64,000 nucleotides of DNA, from NCBI GenBank assembly GCA_013239625.1, contig MU053431.1, positions 2,444,485-2,508,484 on the forward strand. Reading direction: 5' to 3'. Every line of letters begins with the position of its first letter. Positions within the stretch are counted from its first letter, which is position 1. The DNA is from Lama guanicoe (taxonomy: Eukaryota). Shown here one piece after another: positions 10,701 through 23,149 of this stretch. The position numbers and the translations under genes are program-made. The notes below the pieces were generated by a model. It searched no databases. It saw only the letters and a list, made by a program, of their open reading frames with translations, and was not told the DNA's origin.

Positions 10701-13700
10701 AGCTCACCGAGGCCAGCCTGGTGTCTGTCAGGAAGAGCAAGCTGCTGGCCACACTGGATGGAGAGTGCCCAGCCCCGGAAGATGCTGATTGCTTGGCTTT
10801 CCAGAAGGCCGTTGCTGAGGGAGCCGAGGTGCCAGGAGCCCCTGGGGCAGAGCTGGAGACGGTTCCTAAGGCAGAGACAGGGCCTGGACCCACCGAGCCT
10901 GAGCAGGAGGAGGAAGAGGGGGAGGACGAGGAGGACGGGGCAGAGCTGAGCGGCAGGAAGGTGAACGCCCCCTACTACAGTTCATGGGGCACCCTGGAGT
11001 ATCACAACGCTATGATCGTGGGCACCGAAGAGGCAGAGGACGGCTCCCCCGGCGTCCGGGTGCTGTATCTCTACCCCACGCACAAGTCCCTGAAGCCCTG
11101 CCCCTTCTTCCTGGAGGGGAAGTGCCGCTTCAAGGAGAACTGCAGGTAAAGCCTGGGGTCCTGGGCCCCTGTGGGGGGTAGGGGGCTTACAGATGAGACC
11201 AGGGCACGGCTGGCCCTCTGTGCTGTGTGTCGTCCGTCTCTGCCCAGCAGGGTACTGACAAGAAGAGAGTTTTGGGGGCCAGGGGATTCCTACAGCAGTG
11301 TCCTTGTTAAGAGGTTTACTCGGATTTTCCCAGGTAGAGCAAGTGTAGGAAGGCTTGTTGAAAAGAATGGACGCCACCCACCCCTACCATCATCAGTTGT
11401 ACTGTTCAGATTGAAACATCTACAATTTACTTTTATTATAGAAACTTTGTTATAGAAACTGCTGAACAGACAGGACGTTACAGAGTTGCGTGCTGACTTC
11501 CCACCATCCCATCTAGCTTCATTGTTTGTTAACAATTTGCACGTCTTGTGTCATCTTCCTGCCCCTGGATGGTTTTAAAGCAAGTTTTAGAAATTACTGG
11601 GGTTTTCACCTATAAATACTTCAGGGTGCACAAGTAATCTAACTGATCAACATAGTCATTGTCACACATAGCAAATTTAACGATAACACCTTGTTTATAT
11701 TCAGGTTTTCACAGTGGTTGTGATGATGTTTTCCTTGAGCACATAACTTTAATTTTGTTTCTTTTTACTTTATCTTTGCAAAGAATATCTATGAAGATTT
11801 GTAAAATTTTTCTTTTCTAGCCAGTAGTCCAGGGTAACTGTCTCAAGTTCTTTGGTTGTCTTATTTTTTTGTTTTGTTTTGTTTTGTTTCTTGACAACCA
11901 GGAAGTTTGTCTTATTTCTTTGTAGGTTCTTGCAGGGCCCAGAGTCTTACTTGGCGCATTTCTCCCTTTCTCCTTTTTTTGTAAGTTTTGAAGAAATGCA
12001 GCGCACCTGCAGAAAAGTCCGTAGTTCATAAGCCTGCTTGAGTTCCCACAGAGTGGACGTACCCGTGTCACCAGCAAACAGATCAAGGAACAGAGGCGTA
12101 GGCCCTTCCATCTTTTCTGCCACTGGTCCCTCTGGAGGGTCCCCCCGCGTCCCTGCGCAGGGTCCCATATGAGGGTGAGCGCTGCCGTGTCCATGTGCTG
12201 CTTCCTCTGGGCAGGCGCTGTTCCGAGAGTTTCCTACACACTAACTCAGGTGAGCAGCAGCCCTGCCAGGCAGGTCCTGCACCCCTCGGTTGCCCAGGTC
12301 ACAGGGGCAGCCAGGCTCTGCAGCGCTCCCAGCCACTACGCTCAGGGGCTGCTTGCTCTGTCCACCTCAGGCTGGACCAGTGCCGCCTGCAGACCTCCAC
12401 ATCACCACACCCCAGTCTCATAATTGTTTTCTTCATTTGCTTTGGGTTTTTAGAAGTGAAATAACACAGATAATGTTGAAGCACACTGTGACCCACCACT
12501 CTGTCCCCTCCCCTGCTGGGAGGCTCGGCATCACAGCGTTGGTGCCTCTCTCTCTAGTGCACGTTAGTTCTGTGTGAACATGTGTGTCTGTAAATAGAAC
12601 ACGTTTGTGCTTTATTTTCTAAATAAACAGTATCACCCTAGGCTTCATTTTGCAACTTGTGTTTCTCACTAAGCATGTTGGTGGGAGAAGGCCCTGTTGG
12701 TATCTATAGAACTTTTAACTACTGTGTAATTTTTCTTCACGTGAGTACACCACACTTTATATATCCTGTCTCCTGACGTTGTCCAGTTTTTATTGCAGAC
12801 AATGTGCTGTGAACATTGTACTACGTGTCTTTTTTCATACACAGTGGGGTGAGAGTTTCCCTGAGGTGTGAGGCGTGGAGGGCACGTGCCTCTCTGTTCC
12901 TGCCTGGCAGGCAGTGTCCAGGCCCTGGTCTTCGCCAGGGCCACCCGCGCTTGCCTTCTGTGACTCACGGCTTCCTGCCCATTGAAAGCTGGGGAAGTGT
13001 TCTTGATTCAACTTGTATTTTGTCGGTCATTGCTGAGATTGGGAATTCTCTCATGCACTGGCTCTAACTTAATCTCCATGTATCAGTATCCATATAAAAC
13101 AGATATAAAACAGAGATGACCATCATCTTTTGCAGCTGTTAGAATGGAATGCATTAATATGCATTAATTAAAAAATTTTGAACAGTACCTAATATGTAGT
13201 AAGGACACAGGAGACTTAAAATTTTTATCTTGTTGTAGTAAATTAAAATCACATGCAGGAAGTACAGGTGTATCATGGGAATCATTGTAACACCCTAGTA
13301 CTCACCGCTCAGATCAGAACTACAAATTTGCCAGTTACCCCGGAAGTTCTCCCTGTGTCTCAGCCTACATGCAGCTCTCCCCTCCTCGTCTCCCTCCTCC
13401 AGAAACCACCACTGTCCGGACTTTTCTGGTGGTCGCCTCCTTATGTTCTGTACGGTCTGTCACTGGGGCCACAGGCATGAACGTTGTAGTCTGACTCGCT
13501 CACGTTCTAACCCTGCTGTGCCTGCATCTGGCCGTGCACACCCTCTGCCCGCCGCCCTTGGACCCCAGTGTCGCTGTTGAAGACCAGACCCTCTGACCGT
13601 CGGCCCAGCCAGCAGTGGGATCCAGGGACTCGGGGCGCTGTTCTTTACTAAGGAAGCGCCTGATGTCTCCTTGTTCTTCTGTGGTGTTGGCTGCCAGTGA

Positions 13701-16700
13701 TGCCCGACGCCTACATCCAGTGATTCGGTGCAGGTTGCCAAAAGAGATCTTTCAATTCTGTCAGTTGGGTTTAATTTACTTGCTGGAATGTGGTAGAGAG
13801 ACACCTCTCCTCACCTCCGACCTGGCTACTTAGTGGTACAGCTCACATAGGGAAGGCAGGACCATGCCGAGCTCTTCTGTCTTGTTCACTTGGCCTCCCA
13901 GATAATGAATTGGTTCTCTTTAATCCTGAGAAGGTGATGAATTCGCTTTTAAAACAATGTTCAATGGCCTTACGGACTCATGGATTTAAGTATATTTGAT
14001 TTTCAGTCACTGAGATTCTGATCTTTGTTGAAACTCAAATTGTCCCACCCTTGGCTCCTTTTGGCCCAGGAGTCAGGACTCCACACTCATCCCTGCTCTT
14101 CCTACTTCAAGCCCAAACGTGGCCAAGTCTCCCAGAGGCCCTTGCTTCTTCCAACAGGAGGCGGTATTTCAAGACCCATGACGGGCCCTGGGACGCACTC
14201 TTGCTGGGCAGCCCCCATTCTGGGTCTTTGCAGCAGATAGAGCCAGGAGATGGAGGTGGACACACGGATTTACACTGACTGTATCTGTACACATACTAGG
14301 TACTTGTTATTAAGGACGGAATACCTTGTGAATTCATCATCTTTTCTGAGCCACACCTGTGTTTCCTTCTCTACCTCAAGGACACAAGAGGATGGGCTCC
14401 AAACGTCCCACAATTAGTTTTACCCCATTTTACATACATGATGCTCTCAGAATCACAACACTCATTTTTTATCTGTGATGACTGAAAACTGTTGAAAACG
14501 TTTTTACACACGCTACCCGCATGCTTCCTGCTGTCTGCACTAGACACGCACCATCTCCCTTTTACTCTCAGCCTTCGTCCCAGAAGAAACCTTGCTCTGT
14601 GTGCTCAACCTCGCTCCATCTGTCAGGGTCTTTCTGGTCGTTGTGGGCGTCTGAGGCCACGGGAGGCCTGGCACGTTACTTACGTTCTGTTTGTCTTTGC
14701 TTGAAGAGCAGTTTCACAGAATATGAGAGTCTTGGCTCATGTTCTTTCTTTGAACATTATATAACTTACTCCATTCTGACATAAAGCATTGTTGAAAAGT
14801 TTAATTTTTCCCACATAAATCGGGGCTCTGATAAGGGTCTAGCTTCCAGCAGGGCTGATTGGCCAGGGCCCCGTGTTGAGACGTGACTGGTCACATGTGT
14901 GGGCTGAGTTCTGGCTCTCATCTCGTCTGTGGGGCCACACGGTCGGTTTATCCTGGGACGCACTGTTTTGACGCCTGGCTCTGTGGTGAGTCTCGAGGTC
15001 AGGATGTGCATAGTCTTCTAACGCTTTCCCTTCCTCTCAAGGTGGTTTTGGGTATTAGGGACCCATTGTAATTCCGTATCAGTTTTAAAGCATTTTGTTT
15101 CTGTGTAAAAGATGGCAGGAATCGCACTGGGTCTGCAGATACAATGCCAATTCTAATTCACGAGCCCAGGGTGTCCTTCCAGTCACGCTGGTCGTCTTCA
15201 GCTTCTCAGCGACGCTCTGCAGCCTCACCCTTGGGCGGGGGAGTTTGTGGGGCTCTTCCTCGCTTTGATGCCGTTGTGAACGAAGCTGTCGGTTTCACTC
15301 CTAGCGTGGTCCTTGGTGATGTGTTGCAGCAGAGCTGATTTTTGCATGTCAGTCTTGTATCCTGCAGTGTTGCCAGATTCATTTGTTAGCTCTGAGGGGA
15401 CTTTCTGTGGGTCATTTTGGGTTTTCTATATACACAGCCATGTCACTGACAGATAGAGGTTATTTTGCTGCTCCCTCTCCTGTTTGGCTGCTTTTGTTTC
15501 TTTCTCATGCTTGATTGCTCTGCCCAGAACTCCCAGTACCGTGTCGCACAGAAGTGGAGAGCGGGCATCCTCGCCTGCCCCTCATCGTGGGGAAGCACCC
15601 CGTCTTTCACTGCTGAGCAGGAGGCGAGCTGTGGGCTTCCCAGACATGCTGCTTATCCAGTTGAGGAAGTTCCCTTCTCCCCCTGGTTGGCTGAGTGTTT
15701 TTATCATGAAAGTGTGTTGGGTTTTTCCAAATGTCTTTCCCTCATCAGTCAACGCGCCCCTGGGTTTTCCCTTCATTCTGTTTATGCGCTTTATTTCATT
15801 GAGTGAAGGTCACGTGTTGAACCACCCTTGCATTCCTGGGATGAACCACACTTAGCTGTGCTAAATGCCTGTTCTCAGGTTCAAGTTTTTACTTATTCTG
15901 GAGTGGATTTTTGTGAACGTTGTGAGGTAGATGACTGAGTGGTGTGTTTTGGGGTGGGGTTTTTTTTGGTATGGGAAACCAGTTTAGTTTTTTTGTGATG
16001 AAATCTGCAGCCCATCCCTTCCTGCCTCATTTGTGATGCTCGCTCTGTCCTGAGTGAGGTTGGCTGTGTGCAGAGCTCTCCAGGGTGTGCCTGTCATTCC
16101 ATTGGTCAGTCTTCCCCTCTCCTGGATTCACGTTCATTTTATGGGTGTGCCATTCACTGCTCCCCACAGTTGGGAATCTAGGTTATTTCCAAGTATCTCA
16201 CATTTGGTTAACGTCCTTGTGGCTAAATCTGTGCGTACTTTCATTATTATTTGTTTAGAAGCATCTCGTGGAAGCCCTTCTGGGTTGAGGAAGGTACAAA
16301 CTGTGGGGCCCTCATCTTACTGAGGACTCATGCAGGCATTTGGCTGGTGGTGTCTCAGGGTATGTGTGTGTCAAGGGCGTATTTGGCCAATGCACCCGGC
16401 GGGTAGGCCTCTGCTCCTTGGTTGAGCAGGGCTTTTCAACTGCAGTGTCCACCACAGTCCAGGTGGGGCCCGGTCTGGCAGCTGCTGGTGCCACTCAGTC
16501 ATTGGCAGTGCCCTGGCCGCCTGAGGACAGGCAGGTGTGGGAAGGAGCTGCCCAGAGTCCGGCCCCGGCAGGCCTCCGAGGCTGTCTTTGTCCGCCCCGG
16601 GACATGATGGAGGTACCTTCTGTTTTCCCTCTTGTCACTGCTAGGGCAGCCATGGCCCCGCTGGCTCTGGGCGGGGGGCCGTGCCGTCCTGGCTGCTCCT

Positions 16701-19520
16701 GTGGGGTCAGAGCAGTTTCCTCTCTGCAGCGGCGGCACTCAGGGGCTGTGGGTGGCTTTTCATGTCTTTATTTGGCAGAGTTAAGGCTGCAGCCCTCTGT
16801 CCCCGCCCCTCCTCCTCCCCTCCTTCCTCCTCTCTCCCAATTTGCATGTTGATTTCACCGTTTCACTGATGTCTAGACATCAGGGCCGCGCTGGTACAGC
16901 CAGGTCCTCCTGGTCAGCTGGGGAGGACCGAGTCCTGTGAGCACATGCCCCGCCTTGCTCACTCATGGTGTCCAGGCCCTGTGTCTGGCAGAGAAACAAG
17001 GGGTGCTCTCCTCACAGGGGGGGCTTCCAGCCACACTCTCCCAGGCAGTCCCGCAAAGGAGCTTGTCCTGGGGGCACCCAGTCCGTCCTGAGAGTGAGAG
17101 CTCAAGCACAGGGAGGGAATACACATATGCGTGTGTGTGTGCCTGTGGTGTGCACACATGTACGTGTGTGCGTGTGTGTGCATGCACATGTGTGTGTGTA
17201 ACTGTCCTTCCCTCCAGGGCAGCGCCCAGGCAGGTAGACTTGATTCTCCTGGGCCCGCGCGGCCCTGGTGGGCCATGTCTGAGTCTGCACCCTGCGGCCC
17301 TCTCCGCAGGTTCTCCCATGGGCAGGTGGTCTCTGTGGAGGAGCTGCGCCCCTTTCAAGACCCAGACCTGAGCTCTCTGCAGGCCGGCTCTGCCTGTCTG
17401 GCCAAGCAGCAGGACGGCCTCTGGTACCCAGCACGGATCACTGGTGAGGCTGCCCAGGGCCTCCCTGACAGGGCTCTTCCTGGGAAGCCCTCTCCATGCG
17501 TCACACGCATTGGTCCTGTGTGACCACCCCTTTGGTTGGGCATTGGGACCCCACGCCTTGGCCAGGAGGAGTGAGACCACCCTTGGCCTCGGCCCCACCC
17601 TATTCCTAGCTCCCGTTGTGGCTCTTGTCATGTGTTGAGGCCACTGACCCAGCTGTCTTGGTGCCCCTACAGATGTGGATAGCGGCTACTACACAGTCAA
17701 GTTTGACTCTCTGCTGTTGAAGGAGACCGTGGTGGAGGGGGACAGCATCCTGCCCCCACTGCGCACGGAGCCCACAGGGTCCTCTGACTCAGACAGCAGC
17801 GATGCAGACGACCCCAGCTATGCTAGAGGTATGGCTGCGGCTCGGCCTGGGAGCAGGACGGCGGGGGCGGGCAGCGTGGGCAGCAGCCACCCCAAGAGAC
17901 TCCTCCTGGTCAGGAAGAGGATGCATATCAAAGGGGGCGCTGGGTGTGGAAGCCCCCCAGAGGGGCTGGAGCTGATGAACAAGTGTGGGGCAGGTCTAGG
18001 GTAGGTCCAGAGACTCACGGACACAAAAATGCAGCCCTCATCTTCAAGAAGCACGTCAGCAATTACAGTCCCACAGGAGCCACTGGAGGGGCAGGGAAGA
18101 GAGGGATGCCTGGTGCGCATGAAGGAGCAGCTCCTTCCAGTGGCTCCCTTCAGGGCCCAGGTGCCTGGTGGATGGAGGAGGAGCTGCGTTCAGACAGCTG
18201 GAAAGGGAGAATTTCAGGAGGAGGATTGGCTGGCAGTGTCTGGCCCTCCTGAGGGGAGGTCCCTGTGGGACCTGTGATGTAAGCCAACAAGTGGAGGGGA
18301 GCGGAGCCCACTTCCTGGGAAGGTGGGTCAGGAGAAGGGCCGTGCAGGATGGGGCCACCATGTGACCAGGTTGTGGCCCAGAAGCATGGAGAGGGCCAGG
18401 CTCTGCCACAAGCCCTGCCCATTGCTGTCACCACCACAGCCCTGGGTCACCGGCAGGGAGCCAGAGGCACAAGGCATCGCAGCCCTAGCCCAGAGCTGAG
18501 CTCTTGGGCTAACCCTGGCCAGAGCCCCGCATGCTTTGGACCTGTCTGGGTCAAGCCACTGCCCTTTGATTGCGTAGTGGTGGAACCCAGCGCTGCTGAC
18601 CCCGGGACCTGCAGCTCTGCCTTCGCTGGCTGGGAGGTGCACACACGAGGCATTGGCTCCAGACTCCTCGCCAAGATGGGCTATGAGTTTGGCAAGGGTA
18701 AGTGTGTCCTGCACCAGGGAGATGAGGGGGCTCCCGCAGCTCAGCCCGGGTTCCAGCAGCAGTGCCAGCCCCGTGTCCCCTCAGGTCTGGGCCGACACTC
18801 GGAGGGCCGGGTGGAGCCCATCCATGCCGTGGTGCTGCCGCGAGGGAAGTCGCTGGACCAGTGTGCGGAGATCCTGCAGAGGAGGACCCGGGCCAGCAAG
18901 GCCGGCACCAGCAGGCCCCCAAAATGCCGGGGGAGAGGGGTTGGACCTGGGGGTCGCCCACCCCCTCGGAGCGTGTTCGACTTCCTGAACGAGAAACTTC
19001 GGGGCAGGGCCCCCGGGGCCCTGGAGGCAGGGGCCACGCCCGCAGGGAGGAGGAGCGGCAAAGAGGTGTACCATGCCAGCAAGAGCACCAAGCGGGCCCT
19101 GAGCCTGCGGCTCCTCCAGACCGAGGAGAAGATTGAGCAGACCCAGCGAGTCATCCGGGGTATCCAGGAGGCCCTCGCCCGCAACACCGGCCGGTACGTG
19201 CGGGCCTGGGCTCAGGGCAGGCCCTGGCGTGGGTACCCCGCCCACCATTCACGTGCAAGCTGGCCCTGAGCAAGGGTGGCCGGTCTGGGGGCGCTGTGGG
19301 TTGGAGGATGATGGGAGAGGCCTGGACGGGGGCTGGGCTGCCACGTGCAGAACCCAGGCTGAATGGCAGGCCCCTCTCTAGGCACAGCGTGACGGTGGCC
19401 CAGCTGCAGGAGAAGTTGGCAGGCGCCCAGCGGCAGCTGGGGCAGCTCCAGGCCCAGGAGGCAGGCCTGCAGCGGGAACAGAGGAAGGCAGACACCCACA
19501 AGAAGATGACCGAGTTCTAG
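10559..19520 (+). CDS. ZGPAT: Zinc finger CCCH-type and G-patch domain protein (514 aa). Coding exons 10559-11145, 17310-17443, 17673-17828, 18578-18697, 18785-19193, 19382-19520
   Basis: MDEESLQTALRTYDAQLQQV..., CCCH finger (CPFFLEGKCRFKENCRFSH), Tudor-like segment, G-patch (TRGIGSRLLAKMGYEFGKGLG), ends KADTHKKMTEF*. 1545 nt in frame with GT-AG junctions. Confidence 0.96.
11380..14820 (-). mobile_element. Cluster of old, fragmented L1 (L1M-type) 3' pieces in ZGPAT intron
   Basis: T-rich stretches resembling antisense L1 3' ends (e.g. 12620-13060); boundaries approximate. Confidence 0.55.
15040..15910 (-). mobile_element. L1 ORF2 reverse-transcriptase fragment (decayed)
   Basis: Minus-strand ORF 15582-15776 reads TDEGKTFGKTQHTFMIKTLSQPGGEGNFLNWISSMSGKPTARLLL, a degenerate version of L1 ORF2 IDAEKAFDKIQHPFMIKTL.KLGIEG.YLNIIKAIYDKPTANIIL. 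Confidence 0.85.
17121..17200. repeat. Imperfect (TG/CA)n alternating purine-pyrimidine microsatellite
   Basis: acacatatgcgtgtgtgtgtgc...gtgtgtgcgtgtgtgtgcatgcacatgtgtgtgtgta. Confidence 0.85.
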
Positions 19521-19777
19521 GGCTCCCACGCGCCACACGCACAGAGCCTAGGGGCCCTGGCCCCACTGTCCTCTGCAAGACCAGCCGTCACCCAGCGACT
19601 CAGACGCCACCAGTAGAGGGGCCAGTCCAGCCCAGGCTAGACCCCACGGCTGGCCTTCCTGCCAGCCCAGGGCGCGTGGACACTGCTGAGGGGCGCTGGG
19701 GCTGGGGTTGCTTTTCAACACAAACTTGCCCCTTGAGCCCACCTGCCAGTGTCTTCAGGAGTCCGCTCAGGATGGAC

Positions 19778-19783
19778 ATTAAA
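19778..19783 (+). terminator. Poly(A) signal ATTAAA of ZGPAT
   Basis: ATTAAA ~260 nt after the stop, followed by GT-rich sequence. Confidence 0.65.
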
Positions 19784-20199
19784 GTGATGTTGCTGTAGTA
19801 TCTCACTGGAAGCTTGGCTGGCTGTGGGGTCTTTCTGGAGAGGAGGGGTCTTTGCACCAGGACTCAGGTCGGGACTGGAGGGGTCCTGAATGAGGCAGAG
19901 GGCCCAGGAGGACTGGCATTCTCACTGCCCTCCCAGAAAGGGCTGTGCTAGCAGCTCTGAGGCAGATCAGAGCCTGAGGTGCCCCCCTTGTAGCCTGAAC
20001 CACAGATGGGTGGAGCCGCTGCTGCCACGGTGGGAGGAGACCGGGCAGGCCCCGGGGGTGTTGGCAGCCCGAGAGCCTGGGTTCAGCCCCAGGGCTGGGC
20101 GGCCACAAGACCACCCAGTTCCCGTGCTGTGCCTGGTGTGCCCACCTCATCGTGGGTGGAGACAACCTACGGCCAGCTCTCAGGACAGTGCCGGCTCAC

Positions 20200-20426
20200 A
20201 GCGCACCCCCACCCGGTACTGCCGAGACCCCAGGCGGGGCCGCGGCAGGTGGCTGAGGCTGCAGCGCGGGGCTGAGTGGCTGTGTGGGGAGACGCAGCCT
20301 GACGCACAGGCAGGAAGTGAGGTGGGAGCTGGGCTGAGGGCTGCACAAAGGCACCACGCCTCAAGGTGCCCAGGCTGCCTGCTGCCCCAGACAGCGGAGG
20401 AGGCGTGCGCCTCGGCCTTGGTAAGT
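20200..20426 (+). promoter_or_regulatory. Probable LIME1 promoter / non-coding first exon
   Basis: ETS site CAGGAAGTG at 20311, GC-rich boxes, strong donor GTAAGT at 20421; matching acceptor ctgcctccag at 21290. Confidence 0.45.
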
Positions 20427-21311
20427 GTCTGCTCTGGTCTCCAGCCTGGCCAGGGCCCCAGGCCGCTTAGTGCCTTCCTCGGGCAGCTGAGGACTGGGGT
20501 CTGGGAGGATTGGGCCCTACCAGGTCAGGTCACTGGGGCCTGGGTCCTCCCTGGGTCTGGGCAGACTGGCCTCCACCTCCGAAACACCCCATCCCCTGGC
20601 TCTGTGCTGCTGGACTACAAGACCATGCTGGTTGTGGGGTAGACGCCCTCTCCCCTCAAGCAGCTCTGTAAGACGCCAGGAAGCAGACGTCCAGTGGCAG
20701 AGACAGTCGGAGCGGTGAATGGAGAGGTGGGGTGGGGCAGGCAATGCCCAGAGCAGCCCTTCCTCCCCCTCTACCGGCTTTCCAGCCCCTCAGGGGCCAG
20801 CGTCTGTAGCGGACAGCTAGGGGGCGTACCTGAGACAGGAGCCATGCCTGGGCAGGATGTGGCTGCAGGTGAGTGTGGCTCATGGCTTGCAAGCCTACGG
20901 CGTGACCTCAGGGCCTCCCTGGCTCTCAGGTTTGGGCTGCAGTGACCACAGCAGGGCTTTGGCCAGGTCACAGCTGCCCTGCCCCTCCTCACTGGCCATG
21001 CTTGGCCATCACCTGCTCATCCTTACCAACTCAAGTGCCCAGGGGCCAGGCAGAGCATACCTCACACTCACCAGGAGTCCCCAGGCAGAGGTGGGAAGGT
21101 AGGCACCTGGGCTGTGTCCCCTCAGCCTCTGTAGGAAGGAGGGGTGCTGAGCCTTGGGGGGGGGGTTTCCTGTGTGCTGAGTCAGCGCCCAAGGGGGAGG
21201 GAACCGCCCAGCAGCTGGAGTCGCAGGAGTAGGCCTGTCAGGGAGGTACCCAGTCCCTTAGCCCCCAGCCCTCTTGTCTTCTGCCTCCAGGCCTGTCCAC
21301 GGCTTTGCAGG

Positions 21312-22570
21312 ATGAGGCCACAGGTGCCCTTGGCCCCTCCTGCCCTCTGGGTCCTAGGGTGCCTCACCTTCCTGCTCTGGCTGTGGGTGCTGTGCTCAGC
21401 CTGCCACAGGTATGTCCACCCCTGGCCTTGGTGGGGCCTGGCTCAGCTCTGCAGCCAGAAGGGGTGGGGCTCCAGGCCGGCCTAGCACCAGCTCTGTACA
21501 CATGCCTCCCTGTGGGCCTCGGACCAGGGGCCGATGCCCTTGACCTGCGTGTCTGCCTCACTGGCCTGATGACCCTCTTGCCCCCAGGAAGCGGGTGCCA
21601 AGGCAGCTGTCCAGGCTGCAGGACAGTGTGATGCCAGTGGAAGGGGTGAGTGCCAGGCTGTCCCCAGGGCCAGGGTGGGGCCAGCAGGGCACCAGCCAGT
21701 CTTCCTCACCCCCAGTCACTGATGAGACGGCCCTACCACCACTCCCTCAGCAAGTCGGACACCAGACTGCATGAGCTGCACCGCAGCCGGCCCTGCAACA
21801 GAGGTGAGCCAGTGGGAGGGCCGGGCCTGGCAGTGGGCAGGCATCCCCTGACCCTGAGTGATCTCTTCCCTGACCCCAGCCCCAGCCCCACGGCCCGCCA
21901 GCATGGATCTCCTGTGCCCGCAATGGCCAGAGGTGTCCAGAGGCACCAACAGGCCCCCAGCAGCCTTCTCACACCTGGAGCTGCCCCTGGCTGCGCCCTC
22001 CACCAGCCCCGAGGCCACCTATTCCAATGTGGGGCTGGCTGCGATCCCCCGGGCCAGCCTGGCAGTCAGCCCTGGGGTGTGGACAGGGTCATGGCTGACC
22101 AGCAGCTATGCCAGGCCTGGGCCTGCGGCCAGACCCGTGGTGGCTGAGTATGCTTGCATCCAGAAGTTCAAGGGAACAGATCGGGGTCCCCAAGGCCTGG
22201 AGCTGGGGAAGGCTGAGCTGACCCCAGCCACTCAGGTATAGTGAAGGATGTGAGGCAGGGTGGGTTGGACTGAGCAGGTCCTTGGCAGAACGGATGGTGC
22301 TGACCCCTCCCCGGGTTGGCTTCCTCTCTCCAGGTAGACCTCCTGTACTCCAGGGTCAGCAAGCCTAAAAGGAGGGACCCAGGACCTGCCACATGCCAGC
22401 CCAACCCCAATGGAGGGGGAGCAGTTCTGGCTCTGAGAGGTGACTCGGCCTACGAGGTCCTTCCACTCAGGGGTCTGGGTGTGGACAAGAGCCTCCTGGA
22501 AAACGTGTATGAGAGCATCCAGGAGATGGGGGCTTCTGTGCACCTGGAGCCCTCTAGCTCGAGCTCCTAG
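21312..22570 (+). CDS. LIME1: Lck-interacting transmembrane adaptor 1 (~276 aa). Coding exons 21312-21409, 21588-21645, 21716-21803, 21886(or 21880)-22235, 22334-22570
   Basis: N-terminal TM segment [24 protein letters not shown] with CxxC palmitoylation motif, [14 protein letters not shown], tyrosine motifs YSNV, YACI, YSRV, YEVL, YESI; 831 nt in frame. Confidence 0.94.
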
Positions 22571-22763
22571 CGGGAGAGGACATATGCAGGGCATGGAGCC
22601 CCCTGCTTCCTGTCTAAACACCCAAGTACCATGGTCCTTCCTCCAGAGTGGTGTGCCACCCTTCACTTCCCCCACAGTCCCCTCCCACACACAGCTGACA
22701 GCACAAATTCCAGATCGCAGGGCTGCCAGCCTGTGGGGTCCCTGGGGTCCAGGGCAGCCTCTC

Positions 22764-22769
22764 AATAAA
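22764..22769 (+). terminator. Poly(A) signal AATAAA of LIME1
   Basis: AATAAA ~190 nt after the stop. Confidence 0.75.
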
Positions 22770-23149
22770 CCCCCAGCTCAGGCGCCGAACACAGCCTTGC
22801 CTCATCGCCTGCTCTTCTTGAAAGCCTGGGAGGCTGGGCGGGCGGGGAGTGTGGGGAGGTCGGAAAGTAGTTTAAAACCTCCCCTCTTTCCGCCTGGGGA
22901 CACCGGCGGGTCGGGCTCAGAAGACCAAGTAGGGAGGGAGGCAAGCCCTGGGGGCTGGTCCCTAGGCCAGTGGGTCCTCAGGGCAGTGAGCAGGCCCGCC
23001 CGGTGGCCGCCCCAGGGTGGGACCTGGACCCGGAATGTCAGGGAGGGCTCCGCCACCCGGCCCCTGGAGTTACATAAGGGGTGGGGGAGGTGGGCGGCCG
23101 TGCGTTAAAGAGTAACCTGCTCCTGGGAAGCCCGCCAAGGAGACGCGGC

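Noticed and set aside
9422-10788. Long overlapping ORFs (412 aa +, 341 aa -, 207 aa +) across the CpG island
   Set aside because: Low-complexity Arg/Pro/Gly/Ala translations expected from extreme GC; only the ARFRP1 and ZGPAT exon parts are real.
16420-16570. Possible MER20-like DNA transposon remnant
   Set aside because: Too degenerate to support by eye.
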